Assembly: GCA_022813865.1 (NCBI GenBank)
Contig: JALDZX010000003.1
Location: 496,001-560,000, forward strand
From: Xylographa opegraphella
Lineage: Eukaryota
Direction: 5' to 3'
Length of the DNA stretch: 64,000 nt
This document shows positions 29,099 through 42,357 of this stretch, in pieces. The notes beneath the pieces are model-generated. The model worked only from the letters and a program-made list of their open reading frames with translations. It searched no databases and had not been told where the DNA came from. The first letter of the stretch is position 1; each line of letters opens with the position of its first letter. A program made the position numbers and the translations under genes.

Positions 29099-30433
29099 AT
29101 GGTCTTCTCATGGCCGTGGAAGGTCTGATAATCTTTATACTTTTGATTTCGTCTATGTATTTAGCTTACCTGATACAGAATGACAATACATCTCCTGCGT
29201 CTTTTGAAAAACAACTTTCTAGCTTATCGAATAAGATCACGAACGCCACGACCAAGCTTGATTCCTGTCGACAGCAAGCCCGGCGCTTTAAAGCGCTATG
29301 GACGCTATATTCGAGCTTTGCGTACCTCCTGTACCTTATGATAGTAATCTTTGTTGTGGGCTGGAAGAATTGGAGAGCAACCGAATATACGGCACTAGCT
29401 GGAGGGCCTGTTGTGTAAGGAAAACCAGGGGGAAGTCCACACCCGAGCACAGCTAATAGCTGTCCATAGCATCTATGGAGTCAGACTTGGACTTACAACT
29501 TTTTATGATTACCGGATCACGAAACTGCAAACCCGTGTGAACACGTTGCAGAAGCAACGAGACGCAACAATAAACAAGCTTAAGGCTGCCACAAAGTATA
29601 ACACCACGCAGCAGTTGCTAGACAAGTATGGGGGCACACCGTCGAAACCAAAGTCCAGCAGCGAGTCTGCGAGGAAGACAAGCCCGACCCAGACCAGGTC
29701 AGGTGCTTCCAGAGAAACAAGAACAAGTTTCGTGCCTCCTGCGACAGCAAATATCCCAGGTCGAAACATCCCAGTATCACTTCCCACTACCCCCCAGAGA
29801 TCAACTCTGCTGATTGATCAAGTGGGTCCGACTCCACCATTCACTGCAGCTGCCAACACACCGCCGTGGAGACAGGAGTCATCACCAATAGAGCAGAGCG
29901 CCGAATTTGCTCCCAATGCATTCTCTGCTGCTCCACAATATGCTCAAATCGGAGGTGGGCCGATATGGTATGATCGCTTTATGGATGTACTGCTTGGCGA
30001 AGACGAGACTCTGCCGAGAAACCGGATTGTCCTAATCTGCAAAAAGTGCCGGCTCGTAAATGGACAAGCTCCACCCGGCATAAAGCAATTGGAGGATGTG
30101 GGTACCTGGCGTTGTTCCGGATGTGGTACCATGAACGGAGAAGAAAGTGACGCCAAAAAAATTGTGGCAGATATCAATAGGAAGGTTACATCCGAAGGCG
30201 AGAGTGCTCCCACGAAAGCGCAGGAAGTCCCCATGTCGCCCAGTGACGATGGAGACGAGGAAGTTGTTCTTGTGAACCGGGAAGTAGATCCTGAGAGCGA
30301 TGTAACCCAATATTCGGACGAGGAGGCTGAGCCTTTGCAGAAAGAAGAACAAGCGGCTGCGATAGATGAAGCCGCCAAGGCCGAGAAGCCTAGAAGGGGA
30401 AGACCTAAAGGTAGTGTAAAGAAGAGAGCATAG
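29099..30433 (+). CDS. LNP1: ER junction protein lunapark; 3 exons
   Basis: SPASFEKQLSSL, two TM helices, KLKAATKYNTTQQLLDKYG, WYDRFMDVLLGEDE and the C4 zinc ribbon LICKKC..NG..WRCSGCG. Confidence 0.92.
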
Positions 30434-30594
30434 CAAACTCATTCGAGATCTCCGAAACTTACAGCTGCTTTTGTTGCCTTGCTGGACCTCCTAAGTCGTA
30501 GCTCCTGAGCATTCATATTGCTCCTACGCTTTCATTAGCAATTTCTTCACACATCTGTGAGGAGCTCTACAATACCACTGGATCCCTTACCGGT

Positions 30595-31122
30595 CTATTT
30601 ATCCAATCCAGGGGCCACAAGCCTCGCTTCTTCAAATCCATCTCCGCTTCTGTGCAATGATTGAGCTTTTTTTGAGTCGTCCATATCCTCAAGACCTTCA
30701 TCCAAAAGTCGGAGTCGTCGCGCCTCCAGTATCCTCTCCTGAATGTACCGTCTCTGGCGACCACGGCGGTCGCCAGCCGACAGCAGCCTCCCACTTCTTA
30801 TGCTCGCCTCGCTCGCAACAGTGCTGGCTACCTGCAGCACACTAGCTGCAGCCTTGACTGACTCAACACATGCAGATTTGGTGGCCGCTATTGTGGCTTC
30901 TAGAGCTTTCACCGGGACGTGCTTGGTCTGGTTTCCGTCCTATGCGAAGTTAAATGCAGGCTTGGTAACACCGATAGGGATATCAAATACGGGAGATCCC
31001 GTCCGTTGATGTTCACGTACCTATTGAACGTGAAGCGGATTATCAACCACCACAAAATCATCCTCTTCCACGTAATCATCGCTGTTGGGCTTTGCGACAC
31101 GGTTCTTATGCGGGCAGTCCAT
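30595..31122 (-). pseudogene. Orphan two-exon gene model with an in-frame TAG as the last codon of exon 1
   Basis: ATG at 31122 and 33 sense codons, then TAG (31021-31023), a GTACGT donor at 31020, an acceptor TAG at 30940-30942 and an in-frame 115-codon exon 2. No family recognised. Confidence 0.3.
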
Positions 31123-31514
31123 GATGCTCTTTTAAAAAGTCGATGCTGGTATGTCTGGGCTTGATACCTGTATGAACGAGGGTGTCGGCAATTGTAAGGA
31201 ATGGATGGCGCAGACACCCTCCGTGCGATACGATTAAATGTAGTGCAGGAGTCAAATGTTCATGGAGTGAGTAATAGAAACATCAGAGTGGGAACCCATC
31301 AACACGCGCAGAGTCCGCTTATTCAAGCGGCGGAAGGTATTGATGTCTTATCCTTCGATCCAGCCTATTATATAAACCTCCCTTTCCATATACGTGCTAT
31401 TCCAAAAGTCGTGCATCACAGTCATCACCGAAGGCTCACGTAGTGGTATCTTCTGCCCATAGACTCTGATAGATTCTGCTGCACTGAGGTTTCTCGAACA
31501 CCCTGCACTCCTAC

Positions 31515-34500
31515 TTAGTACGCACCCACTTCCGTGGCTCCTCCTATTAATGCCTCCCATATCCCATCTCCAAGTCTTAGCTTTATCAAGCCTGCAAAAA
31601 TCATGAGATCCTTGGCTTTCGTAACTAATTCTGCTCTCATCATGTTTCTAGTCTGGGATTGAAAGCCGTCCTGTCCACTGTTTCCAGACAGAATATCACA
31701 CTGTCGACTAATGCACATCATGGTCCACAATAGCAGGGGCCCGATGAGGCGGGCAATGTTGGGCTGCAGAATATTAAGATTCTGAGCGTGTGAGCGGATG
31801 ATGGGAATCGAAGAGTTGGCGGAGAGGGGAAGGAGCGAAAGTGCAGAAATAATCTACTCATACTTTTAGTCAGTGTATGAAAAGTTTTTGCTCGTGAAAG
31901 ATTGTAGGATATTTACGTCGATTGCTTCCGCCCACTGCTGTGCCTCCACTTTGCCTTTTGCTTCGCTGATTCGCAAAAGTACTCCACAATTATCACGATT
32001 TGTAGATCGTATCTTCTGGTAATAGAGCGCATTTCCATTGTAGAGAGTGATCATATTTCTCGCCAGATCCGCAGGATCGTCGACTGCCGTTAGGCTTAAG
32101 CTACTACCTTCCGCCGCCTTGAGTTGATCATTAGGACTCGCTCTTGGCTTTAACGGCTGAAGTCTTAGCTTTTCTTCTCCGATATCCACCGCAATAGCTT
32201 CTGATAGAACTCGGTTTACAATGGTGATCACGTTTTCGTAGTCTTCAGAAAGATGATAGAGTAGCACTGCATCTGACGTTCTGCCATTGTCGTCTGCAAT
32301 ACTAGCGGCTTGTAAAGTGACCGTACGAAGGAAGGCTTCTTGGTCAGCGATACCAATAAGCTTGAGACGTTGTTCGATTGCGCCATTGATCCTGATGCCG
32401 TCAGAACGAACATCACCAAGTAATTGTGCGAATTCTCGTGTCTCAAGGACAAGCTCGCGCAGCGCTTCATGGCAGAGTAAAGACTGAGACTGCCCAAGCT
32501 GACCAGGGAGGTCTGCATTCAGATGTATGAGAGTCAAATAATCGACCGCAGCGACAGCATTATGACTTCGGAAATCTCGAGTATAATAACCGATCATGCG
32601 GCCGAAACTTATTTGAGGGAGCTCCCTTGTGCTATAAGTAACTAAATTCTTGTCAGCTAGAGGTCTTCATCTTACTGGATTAATCCCTTACGGAGTTCGG
32701 ACTCAGGAACAGAGAAGTCGGCAACACGCAACAGACCATAAAAGTCAAGGGCAATGGCGAAATGTACAGCCGCAACATAAGAATATGAATACAAGTACAT
32801 AATGGCATTTTCGAACAACCCGCCGAGTATTTGCAGGTAAAAGAATGTGCCATATCCTCCGAGGCCTTCGGATCCTTTTTGAAAGTGTCGTTGGCCAATC
32901 TCACGGATCATGGCTCGAACTTCCTCAAGACCGTAAACTTCGTTGGCCGCCTCTTCAGCACGATTGACTTCGCGAGCAAGACTGAACTGCAACCACATCC
33001 AGTCTTCCACACCCTGGCTAATGTTGTCGAGACTGCGCTTGCTAAGCTCGCATCGACCTATTATCTTATAACAAGCCATGCGGTATGGATCTAAAGAATT
33101 TTCTGGAGCCATGCGGACACGCTGCTGATAGTCCGCGGTAATCCTGTCTTGTTGATTTCGTGGTAATCTTCGATTAGGATCTCTAGCGTACACTGTGATC
33201 CATGTCACAAAGTTGCGATCAAGTGCTCGGAACGGACCAGCATTGCTTGATACATACTCAGCCGCCTCTTTCACAAAGCCACTTCGAAGTAAGAAGAAGA
33301 TAAGCGCCCAACAATAATCATCGTTCAGAAGTTGTAGCTCAATACTGTCTGGTGCAAGATCTTTGCGTGAATTACGTATCCTAATGTATGCTCTGACTCT
33401 GTTAATGACTGTTGGGACTCCCCCAAGACTGGCTTCCCGTGGATTACGCGCCACAAGAGACTCGAGATTACTGTAGAACCTGGATATGATTGGTAAATAT
33501 GTTTGGATCAGCACAAGAAAGAGAATACATACTGTTTTTCTAGTGCTTTCCTTGATCCGTCGATGATCATTCTTCGTATCTTGAACGCTTTCGCCGATGT
33601 TGATGCCTCGTCTAAATATTCCTCAGCGTATTGGCGTTGGTACACTGCCCGTGTATCTCCAAAATCCGAAGCGGCAGGATTTTCCCCAACAATCTCAATG
33701 AGTGCTTTGTAAGCATCAACAAGCTGGCTAGGAGACTAGGAAATTTTGTAAGTAATTCTACGCCTCCCAATATATAGCAAAGACTTACGTCTCCGCCCGC
33801 TTGACCTTGCACACTGGCAAACTGTTGCAGTACTGGGTACGGAGTTTCATGCAACCGACTCTCATTCAAACCCTGGACTTTCTCGGCGAACTTCCCTTGC
33901 CTTTCTCGTAGCAACTGATCGTGTTGTACTGGTGTACTCTGACTTGGTTTCTCTGTCACTTCTCCAAATACAGTTGCATTCCCTGGTCCTACACCCGGCG
34001 TTCCGATCACCGATTTTTGCATTCCGGACCGCCCGAATACACTTCTGTTCAACGTCTCCGGTCCAGAGTGATCAGTGCGTCCTCCGCGACCTCCTCTCGT
34101 CGAGCGCCCAAAGCTTCCCGTTGTTCCATTTGTAGTACGATTGGTGGAATCCAACGGTATGTCTGAGCTCCTTGGCGTGAGACCAAAATGCTCATATATC
34201 TTCCTCCGTTGATTATCCCAGTTTATGTCAATATTCTCCTCTAGATAGGCGTCAAAATTCCGCTGAGCGCGGCTGATACCCTCGGCAATCATCTTTAAGG
34301 TAGATTGCTGCTGGAGCTGCTCGACATACTTATGAGAGTCTGGGTCCCATCCTGGCCGTGCTTGCACATCATGTGACGACAAGCGTTGAGGATCAAGAGA
34401 CTTTAGGTCTCGAATCGCCATGCCTGGATTGACTCCGGATGCAGCAAGCAGATAGTGACTCATCTGAGTCAGTACAAGAGTCTGGCAATATTTAGACTCG

Positions 34501-35097
34501 TTCGACTTACGCCCTACTGTTCGCGCCAATACTATCCTGCTTCTGGACCCTAGAACCACTACCGAGCTCTCTCACCCGTCTTGCAATATCCCCAAGCCCC
34601 AATTCCAAGCTTGGAACCTCGCCAAAGGGAGACTTTTCCTCTGCATTATATCTGCGTTTTCTATTCTTCTCAAGCAAGGCATCAAAATAGGCAGTGTGTG
34701 ATCCGTTGGCACCATTCTTTTGCTGGGACTGGGCAGATTGCTCTGCCTGGTTGCCTTGAGCTTGTCCGCTGTTACCCGGGAGCGGAGGCTGTTGGTTGTT
34801 CAATTGACCACCGAAAGGAGGCTGTTGAGGCGGTCGAGTTGTTTGTCCACCCAGGGTCGAGGGTTGCAACGACGGCAGGTTCGATAGGGCCCCAAACGGA
34901 GCTTGTTGAGCTTGTGCGTTTGGTTGCCCGCCGAAGCTAGAGAAAACAGGCTGTTGAGCAGATGATTGTGAGGTAGTATTATTACCGAACAAGTTACTGG
35001 TCTGCCCCGCTTGTGATTGGGAGGTAGCTGAAGTTAAGTTCCCTGAGCCTCCAAAGAGATTCAGGCTCGGCTTAGAGCTGCCAAATATTGAACTCAT
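31515..35097 (-). CDS. NIC96: Nucleoporin NIC96/Nup93 with N-terminal FG-like low-complexity region; ~7 exons
   Basis: PSLELGLGDIARRVR, AHYLLAASGV, WALIFFLLRSG, DPYRMACYKIIGRC, EDWMWLQF, HFAIALDFYGLL and ETREFAQLLGD. Confidence 0.94.
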
Positions 35098-35252
35098 TTC
35101 CTGCAAAAAGCAAAATCCACCTGTAATCATGTAGCCAGAACGGGCAATATTGATGTTCGGAAAGTATTTCCGCGCTGTTTGCCAAGCCTTTATGTACGAG
35201 CTTTACGCTAAGCCCTATCCGAAAGCTTTCTTCACAAGCAGGCAACGGTCAA

Positions 35253-35330
35253 ACCTAAGGTACGTAAGGTACCTACTTTAGGTACTTTACCTTACCTAAG
35301 GTATCTTAAAGTAGTAAAGGTAAGCTACCT
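35253..35330. repeat. Low-complexity AGGTA/TACCT quasi-palindromic tract
   Basis: ACCTAAGGTACGTAAGGTACCTACTTTAGGTACTTTACCTTACCTAAGGTATC..., upstream of NIC96. Confidence 0.6.
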
Positions 35331-36453
35331 GCTGGAAATACCTCTACTATCGAGACTGTGTACCTAGGTCGGTAGATACATAGGTTAAATCTACAGCCCG
35401 GTGAATTGGACAGTCACGTGAACAACGCTAAAATTAGCGCTTTGACTCGAAACATATAACATAGACGTCACCCGGCTTGAAATTACCAATATACGAATGT
35501 TCTCCTTCGTTTACTCGATGTTAAATTCATCGAAACGTGTTGTGCGTAGAGATATTGACCGATATCGCAATGTAAACAGATTCTTCGGAGCTCTAAAGTG
35601 TAGCCCTTACATTTGGCAGTCACGTTTTTGTCGTCTACGGTGTACCTATGGTGCATATGGAATACACTTCGACCATAGCGGTCTCGATGTTTCGTGTTAC
35701 GTCATTTCTATTCTGTCCGCAAGAGCGAGCATCACAAGCATTAAACATTCGGCTCATAAAGTATGTCATATCTCTAGCTTCCAACAAGGAATTGGAGCCA
35801 TGAACATCAGATATTTTGTGCTCTAAAGACGATCCAACACACCGCGGTGACGACTAACAAGTCACGTTTCAGCAATCAACCCATCATGATTTGAAGTTTT
35901 ATGGCGCTTCTGTGTCTGCTGTCGCTATCCGATTCATATCCCTCTCGGACTTGGATCTTAACTCTGGGAAGACACTAGTAGTGCAAGTACGTTCGGAACA
36001 AGTGCACTGTAGTGTGAGTTCTTCGGCGATGTAAATGAGCGCAAGTAGAGGTTTGCCGCGATGGAAAGTGACCACTATCTAGGTAAGTCGGGTTACTCAA
36101 TGGCGTCATGTGGCGCTATTGCAGACACAAGAATAGGATTACTGAGTAGGACCTATGTCGAATTGTTCCAACCACGCATAATCTACTCCACATACACTCT
36201 GCTTTGCCATTCGAAGATTGTGAATGAAGAGCAAAAGACATAAGGACCTTAAGGACCAAGAGGTGGTTCACCTTGTACGAGTAAACCGCAACCGTTCATT
36301 GAGGCCGAGACACTTGCCCCGCAATCTCCGGACAGAAGCTAAACATTGTCCCTCATGTTACGATTATGCCTGCAGAAAGATGGATACCTGCTATAGGCCC
36401 TGAAGTACTAGAAGTCTTGCCGGCTCCCACATAATAGATTCTGTGACAGCAAG

Positions 36454-38111
36454 ATGGTTGTAAATGATCAGCCAAGCAGCACACTCCGATACAATGAACG
36501 CCCTGTTTACACTACCTCCAATGGTTGCCCTGTGAGTGTCGAACCAAAGAAGCATGGTCTGCCGATTAATAGTTAGATAGGTACAAGACCCAGAGTCCTC
36601 TCAGAGGATAGGCCAAAATGGTCCTCTCCTACTTCAAGACTTCCATCTGCTTGACCTGCTGGCGCATTTCGATCGTGAACGTATACCTGAGCGGGTCGTC
36701 CATGCCAAGGGCGCCGGTGCATATGGAGAGTTTGAGGTTACTCATGATATCAGTGATCTGGTATGCTCCTTCATATCTGGAGAAGGTAAAAAATGCTAAG
36801 CTTCATTAGACGTCTACAGACATGCTCAATGGTGTGGGCAAGAAGACACAATGTGTAGCTCGATTCTCAACTGTGGGTGGTGAGAAAGGCTCCGCAGACA
36901 GTGCTCGCGATCCTCGAGGATTTTCAGTCAAGTTCTACACTGAAGAAGGTAACTGGGACTGGGTTTTCAACAATACTCCAGTCTTCTTCCTTCGAGACCC
37001 GACAAAGTTTCCTTTATTCATTCACACCCAAAAGCGCAACCCGCAGACCAATCTCAAGGATGCCACCATGTTTTGGGACTACCTATCCACTCATCAAGAA
37101 TCTGCTCACCAAGTCATGCATCTGTTCTCTGACCGCGGTACCCCTTACTCCTACCGGCACATGAACGGCTACTCAGGCCACACTTACAAATTCACAAAGC
37201 CTGACGGAACTTTCAATTACATCCAAATTCACTGCAAATCCGATCAGGGCAACAGAACCTTCACAGATGCAGAGGCCGGTAAGATGGCCTCCGAGAACCC
37301 AGACTGGCACACTCAGGATCTCTTCAATTCTATCCAAAACGGAGAATATCCTTCGTGGACCTGTTATGTCCAGGTACTGAGTCCAGAGCAAGCCGAGAAG
37401 TTTCGCTGGAACATATTCGACTTGACAAAAGTTTGGCCCCAGGGCGAGGTTCCGCTTCGGCCCTTCGGAAAGTTCATGCTCAATCGGAACCACGAGAACT
37501 ATTTCGCAGAAATTGAGCAGCTGGCTTTCTCGCCATCTCACTTAGTTCCTGGTGTTGAGCCTACTGCAGACCCAGTCCTGCAGTCTCGTCTGTTTTCGTA
37601 TCCTGACACCCAACGTCACCGTCTTGGTGTCAACTACCAACAAATCCCGGTCAATGCTCCTCTTCGAGCATTTAATCCCTATCTCCGGGACGGCATCATG
37701 GCTGTCAATGGAAACTACGGGGCCAACCCCAACTACCCATCAACATACCGCAACCTTTCCTACAAGCCCATTAAACCATCACAGGAACACGAAAAGTGGG
37801 CCGGAGCCGCTGTTGCTCAACAAATCCCGGTCACCGACGAGGACTTTATTCAGCCGAATAAGCTCTGGGAAGTCCTCGCACGATATCCAAATGGGCAGGA
37901 GAATTTCGTGAGTAACGTTGCTGGACACCTCTGCGCTGCAAAAGAACCCACCCGGAAGCGGACGTATGGGATGTTCCACCGCATCAACAAGGATCTGGGC
38001 ACCCGTATCGAAAAGATGACCAAGGAGCGAGCAGACCCACCAGCGAGCCAAGCTGAGGGTAATGCCAAAGCCCGCTTTTCCGAGACTGCTGTCTCCCAAG
38101 CACATCTGTAA
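36454..38111 (+). CDS. Small-subunit monofunctional catalase, probably peroxisomal; ~4 exons
   Basis: [40 protein letters not shown] and RLFSYPDT heme-ligand motif. The C-terminal AHL is PTS1-like. Confidence 0.95.
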
Positions 38112-38682
38112 GTGGAGTGTACGTTGTGATACATTGTATTGATTGAAGATGCATTATGAGAACGAAGTGAGCATATATTGAACGATCTACCCATAATCAC
38201 TTAGACGCATTGTTTTATCGCCTTGCATACCTTACTCCCCGTGTTTGTTAGCTTGCGAAAATCTTCAACAGCAAGCGACATGGATGACCGCCTGGCAGGC
38301 ACGAACAGAATTTATTTATTATTAAACTGGAGAACAATATGGTCTGGCTAGTTAGAGTATAAACATACCTACGCATCACCTCCAGTTCATGACTCACACT
38401 ATTACCGACTCATTCGTAAACGTACATGATTGAGTAACCGGAACGCATGTGGTCCATCAATCATGTCGATCCTCTACGGTATGCCCTTCTAGTCCCTTAC
38501 GGTCAACTGAATATTCCTTGGATACAATACGTGCAATACGAATATTATATTCACAATAACGCTGGACCTCTCGGTCCGCAGCGGTACTATCATTGTATCT
38601 CCCGACCAAATACTATGCAGTCGGAATCTGTGCAATGGTAGTTGTCCCGCCAAGCCCATAAATATTTTAGCTCCAGAACATT

Positions 38683-39563
38683 TCAGTGCCCACTCCTAGA
38701 ATTATACCTCGCCTTTCCGAACGAGAATGGGACATAGCGGTACTTGATCATATGCTGGATCTGTCTCCGCACTTTTCATCTTGTTAACATTTCTTCCGGC
38801 AAATGTGCACCTGCCATACTATGTGCAAGAGGACTCTGCTTTGGCGATCGAAGTCACTAGGCGGGGAAACTTACTTGTTAATGTGAACAGAATAATCCAA
38901 TATACCACCAATACCGGCCAGAACACCGGAACGTTGAAAAGCTCCGACCATGTGCATGCAAAAGCGATAGTGATGGCACGGGTGGCGCTGTGCCAGAATT
39001 TGAATTCAGGCAAGCGGCGGATAAAAGGGCGAAACTCCTCGTCCCGCGTAGTTGGTAGGGGTGATTTCATGGAGTCGCCGTCTTCGAGGCCCTCATCTTG
39101 TGAGAGGGAAGGGTCGAATTTCGGTTGTAGAAATGCGAGGAAGAGGTTGAGGAGGTAAATACCTAAGGAGTAGCAAACTGGTAGCTGTGTAAGCAAAATC
39201 CGATCAATGGAGAGGCTCCAATTAGGATGAAGCAGCACATTCAGGTCAAAAACGCGTAGACAAATGGTCAAACAGGGGCTGTAACAACAAGATTGGAAGA
39301 ATCATAGAGGAGATCCATACCGATGTACCAGCCCTCGGAGAGCACTATGCGGAGGAGGAAGACAAGGAGGAGTGCGCCGGTGCCTATCCAGCGGTACGTG
39401 ACATATGGCGTAGACTTATCGAGGTAGCTTTGGTAGGCCTGAAAGAAGCAGTCAGCCTATTTGAGAGCTTTACTTGCTAGGAAGATAGACCTACCCTCGA
39501 GACGCGGCTGGTCTGCGCCGTCACAGCTGAGAAAGGAGTCGCTTCAGGCTCTGGGGCGTCCAT
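38683..39563 (-). CDS. RER1: Protein retrieval receptor RER1; 4 exons
   Basis: YQSYLDKSTPYVTYRW, YLLNLFLAFLQPKFDPSL, EFRPFIRRLPEFKFW and IQHMIKYRYVPF. Confidence 0.96.
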
Positions 39564-39842
39564 GGTGGTAACCTGACGAGCGCAAGGCGCTACAGCTTAA
39601 TGGATTACAGTTTTGTGACTGCCTTTCTTACAATACTTTTTGTCTATGGCGCGTGCCGCATGTGATGAAATGAGCATGAATGAAAGACTGATATCTCAGA
39701 ATCTGTTGCTTGCTGGCACTTATCCATCGGACAAATTTCGGGCGCTAGAGTAGCGCCCTCGTGGTTTTGGGCTTAGCGTTCTTTTGCGGAGATCTGGATT
39801 GAGAGGGAGCTTCAGTAACAATTTGTTGACAGTGCTTCAATC

Positions 39843-40789
39843 ATGATCTTACTACCCTTGGTGCGGCCATTGACCCACAAGTCAGCAATTCTGTCGGTGA
39901 CCCGTTGTTCGCGAAGATACTCTTCGCAGTCCATGCCCACTTATGAGTATCTATTAGTATCGATTCCGAAGCCTGGTGTTGGTCTAAGTATGCCAACCTA
40001 AGATAGATTCGACTTGATTTTGCAGATTCACTAATACTAATACATTAGTCATTCATAGTCACTCTCAATCGTCCTAAAGCTCTAAACGCTTTGTCGTCCG
40101 CTGTCTTCGTCGACCTTAACGATGCGCTCCGCAAGTTCGATGCGGACAAGGAAATTGGTGCCATGGTCATCACTGGCAACGAGAAAGCCTTTGCAGCTGG
40201 TGCAGATATTAAGGAGATGAAGGACTTGACATTTTCGAAAGCTTTTACAGAAGACTTTATTGCACCTTGGTCATTACAGACATCACAAATCAAAAAACCA
40301 ATCATCAGCGCTGTTAATGGTCATGCTCTTGGCGGTGGCTGTGAACTCGCGATGATGGCAGATATCATGTACTGCAGCGCCACTGCGAACTTTGGACAGC
40401 CCGAGATCAAGCTTGGAATCATTCCCGGAGCCGGCGGATCTCAGCGCTTGGCAAAAGCTATCGGCAAGAGCAAGGCAATGGAGTTGATATTGACGGGGAA
40501 GACTTTCAGCGGGAAAGAAGCTGCTGATTGGGGTCTGGCAGCCCGGGTCTTTGAAAACGCCCAGGAATGTGTTGAGGGCGCCATTGCTACGGCAGCCACT
40601 ATTGCGGGATACTCTAAAGTGGCGGTAAAAGCAGCTAAGGAGGTGGTCAACAAAAGCCAAGAGCTGGGTGTCAGAGAAGGAGTCGAGTACGAAAGAAGAG
40701 TGTTCCATGGCCTCTTCGGAAGTAAGGATCAGAAGATAGGTATGACTGCTTTTGCATCGAAGCAGAAGCCACAGTGGACACATGAATAG
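39843..40789 (+). CDS. Mitochondrial short-chain enoyl-CoA hydratase (crotonase); 2 exons
   Basis: Presequence, TLNRPKALNAL, AFAAGADIKEM, ALGGGCELAM and FGQPEIKLGIIPGAGGSQRL. Confidence 0.95.
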
Positions 40790-41391
40790 CATCAGAACTT
40801 CTGGAGTACTGAGGCCCACTATATGACAATCGTGCTATGCTTTGCGTCAGCTTCTGTATCTACATAGGATGCTTGTTCCGCTTTACAGTTCTCAGAACTG
40901 CAGCCTGCTACACCGAGCGTTGCTGATAAGATATGCAAGGAGGTCTTTGCGAGCTATCAGACACCCCGCCATCTTCCTCTTGTCAAGCAAGCTTCAGGCT
41001 TGAGCCAACCCTCTCCGTGAACAAACCTATGGCCGTTACTGTTACCTGTTACCATCTTGCAAGGCTTTCCAGAACGCCAGAAACGAATTTGTGCATAATA
41101 TTTTCTTGCTGTTCGTTCGACATCAACATTCGGATCTCCAATCAATGTTTTCATACCCTTATACTTGGCGATTTGCTTGTTCGAATTTCAGCCAGTAATC
41201 TTCGTGATGCATGTAATTCTGTATATTTTGCGAATTTGGCTTTTGACTGACCAGGCCCTGATGCTATGGCACATCGCATATTAGTAAGAAAGACTTCTTA
41301 TTTTAATTTACCTACAGATTGACCATTTCTACTCTACTTCCGAGATTAACACAATACAGTCACTCTTCGTCCAAGACTATAGGTTCCTACC

Positions 41392-42357
41392 ATGACCCCA
41401 ATCAAGAAATTAACATCACGAAAGCGGTCCGGAGCAGGCTGCCAGCACTCCTTTATCGCTACAATTCTTGCAAGTAACAACAAGAAGCTTTGTGGTAGAC
41501 TTGATGAGATCATCGAACTCCTCGAAGTGACAGCTTCCGCTGTAGCTTCAAAGAAAGAAGGCAGCAATGTGACCCAGGCAGCTGTCTCAACAACACCGCA
41601 AACAGCCACGGTAGACTGGGATAAGGTCAAAGGCTTAACCACTTCTTGCTCGCTGCAATCCGAGATTGCACCTCCAGAGGCAAACTCGCAGCCTCAGTCC
41701 CGATTTATGTGGCTATCACAAGAATTGCGAAACCAAGTCTATGAATTGGTGCTGGTGTCCTCCGGACCCATCATCGAGCCCCACAGGCAGATGAGCGAAA
41801 AACGGGACGATGCCACAACACGTATCGGGGACATCAATTCGTCCCTCGTCATGACATGCCGACTGATTTATGCGGAAGCAATGCCTGTTTTGTATGGTAC
41901 ACTCAACACCTTCCAATTTACGCATCCCACAAATATTAGATTGTTCAGTACTGCCGAGGGTCGTCGCCCTGCAGATTATATCCAGCGCGTTGCTCTCGTA
42001 CTTTCCAAACCATATCTCCAAGGATTCAAAGGACGGGCAGCTGAAGCCAAGGATTGGGTTGATTCGCTTTTCTCGATGTTCAATACGGAGAGAATGTTAC
42101 TACCGCGATTAGAGGAACTGGAATTGGATCTTACGTCATGGAAAATGCAACTTGGTGATGCATTTCCGCCCAGCTTGGTCAAAGGACTCAAGAAGAGAGG
42201 ATGGAAGGTTCGGAAGCTGGTGCTTCGTGGGCTCGAGGATCAGCCCGTTTTCAAAGAGCTCTTGGAGCAAACACTTCTCCGGACCCCGCGGGCGAGGTTG
42301 CTGACGGACGAAAATGACCAGGTGCTGGAGGTCGTTAACAGCTCTTCTTTAATTTGA
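41392..42357 (+). CDS. Hypothetical protein with a fungal F-box-like motif
   Basis: Intronless 321-aa ORF. FMWLSQELRNQVYELVL and LVMTCRLIYAEAMPVLYG match the FLxLPxELRxxIY / LLxTCRxIYxEAxxxLY pattern of fast-evolving ascomycete proteins. Confidence 0.7.
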   Translation: MTPIKKLTSRKRSGAGCQHSFIATILASNNKKLCGRLDEIIELLEVTASAVASKKEGSNVTQAAVSTTPQTATVDWDKVKGLTTSCSLQSEIAPPEANSQPQSRFMWLSQELRNQVYELVLVSSGPIIEPHRQMSEKRDDATTRIGDINSSLVMTCRLIYAEAMPVLYGTLNTFQFTHPTNIRLFSTAEGRRPADYIQRVALVLSKPYLQGFKGRAAEAKDWVDSLFSMFNTERMLLPRLEELELDLTSWKMQLGDAFPPSLVKGLKKRGWKVRKLVLRGLEDQPVFKELLEQTLLRTPRARLLTDENDQVLEVVNSSSLI

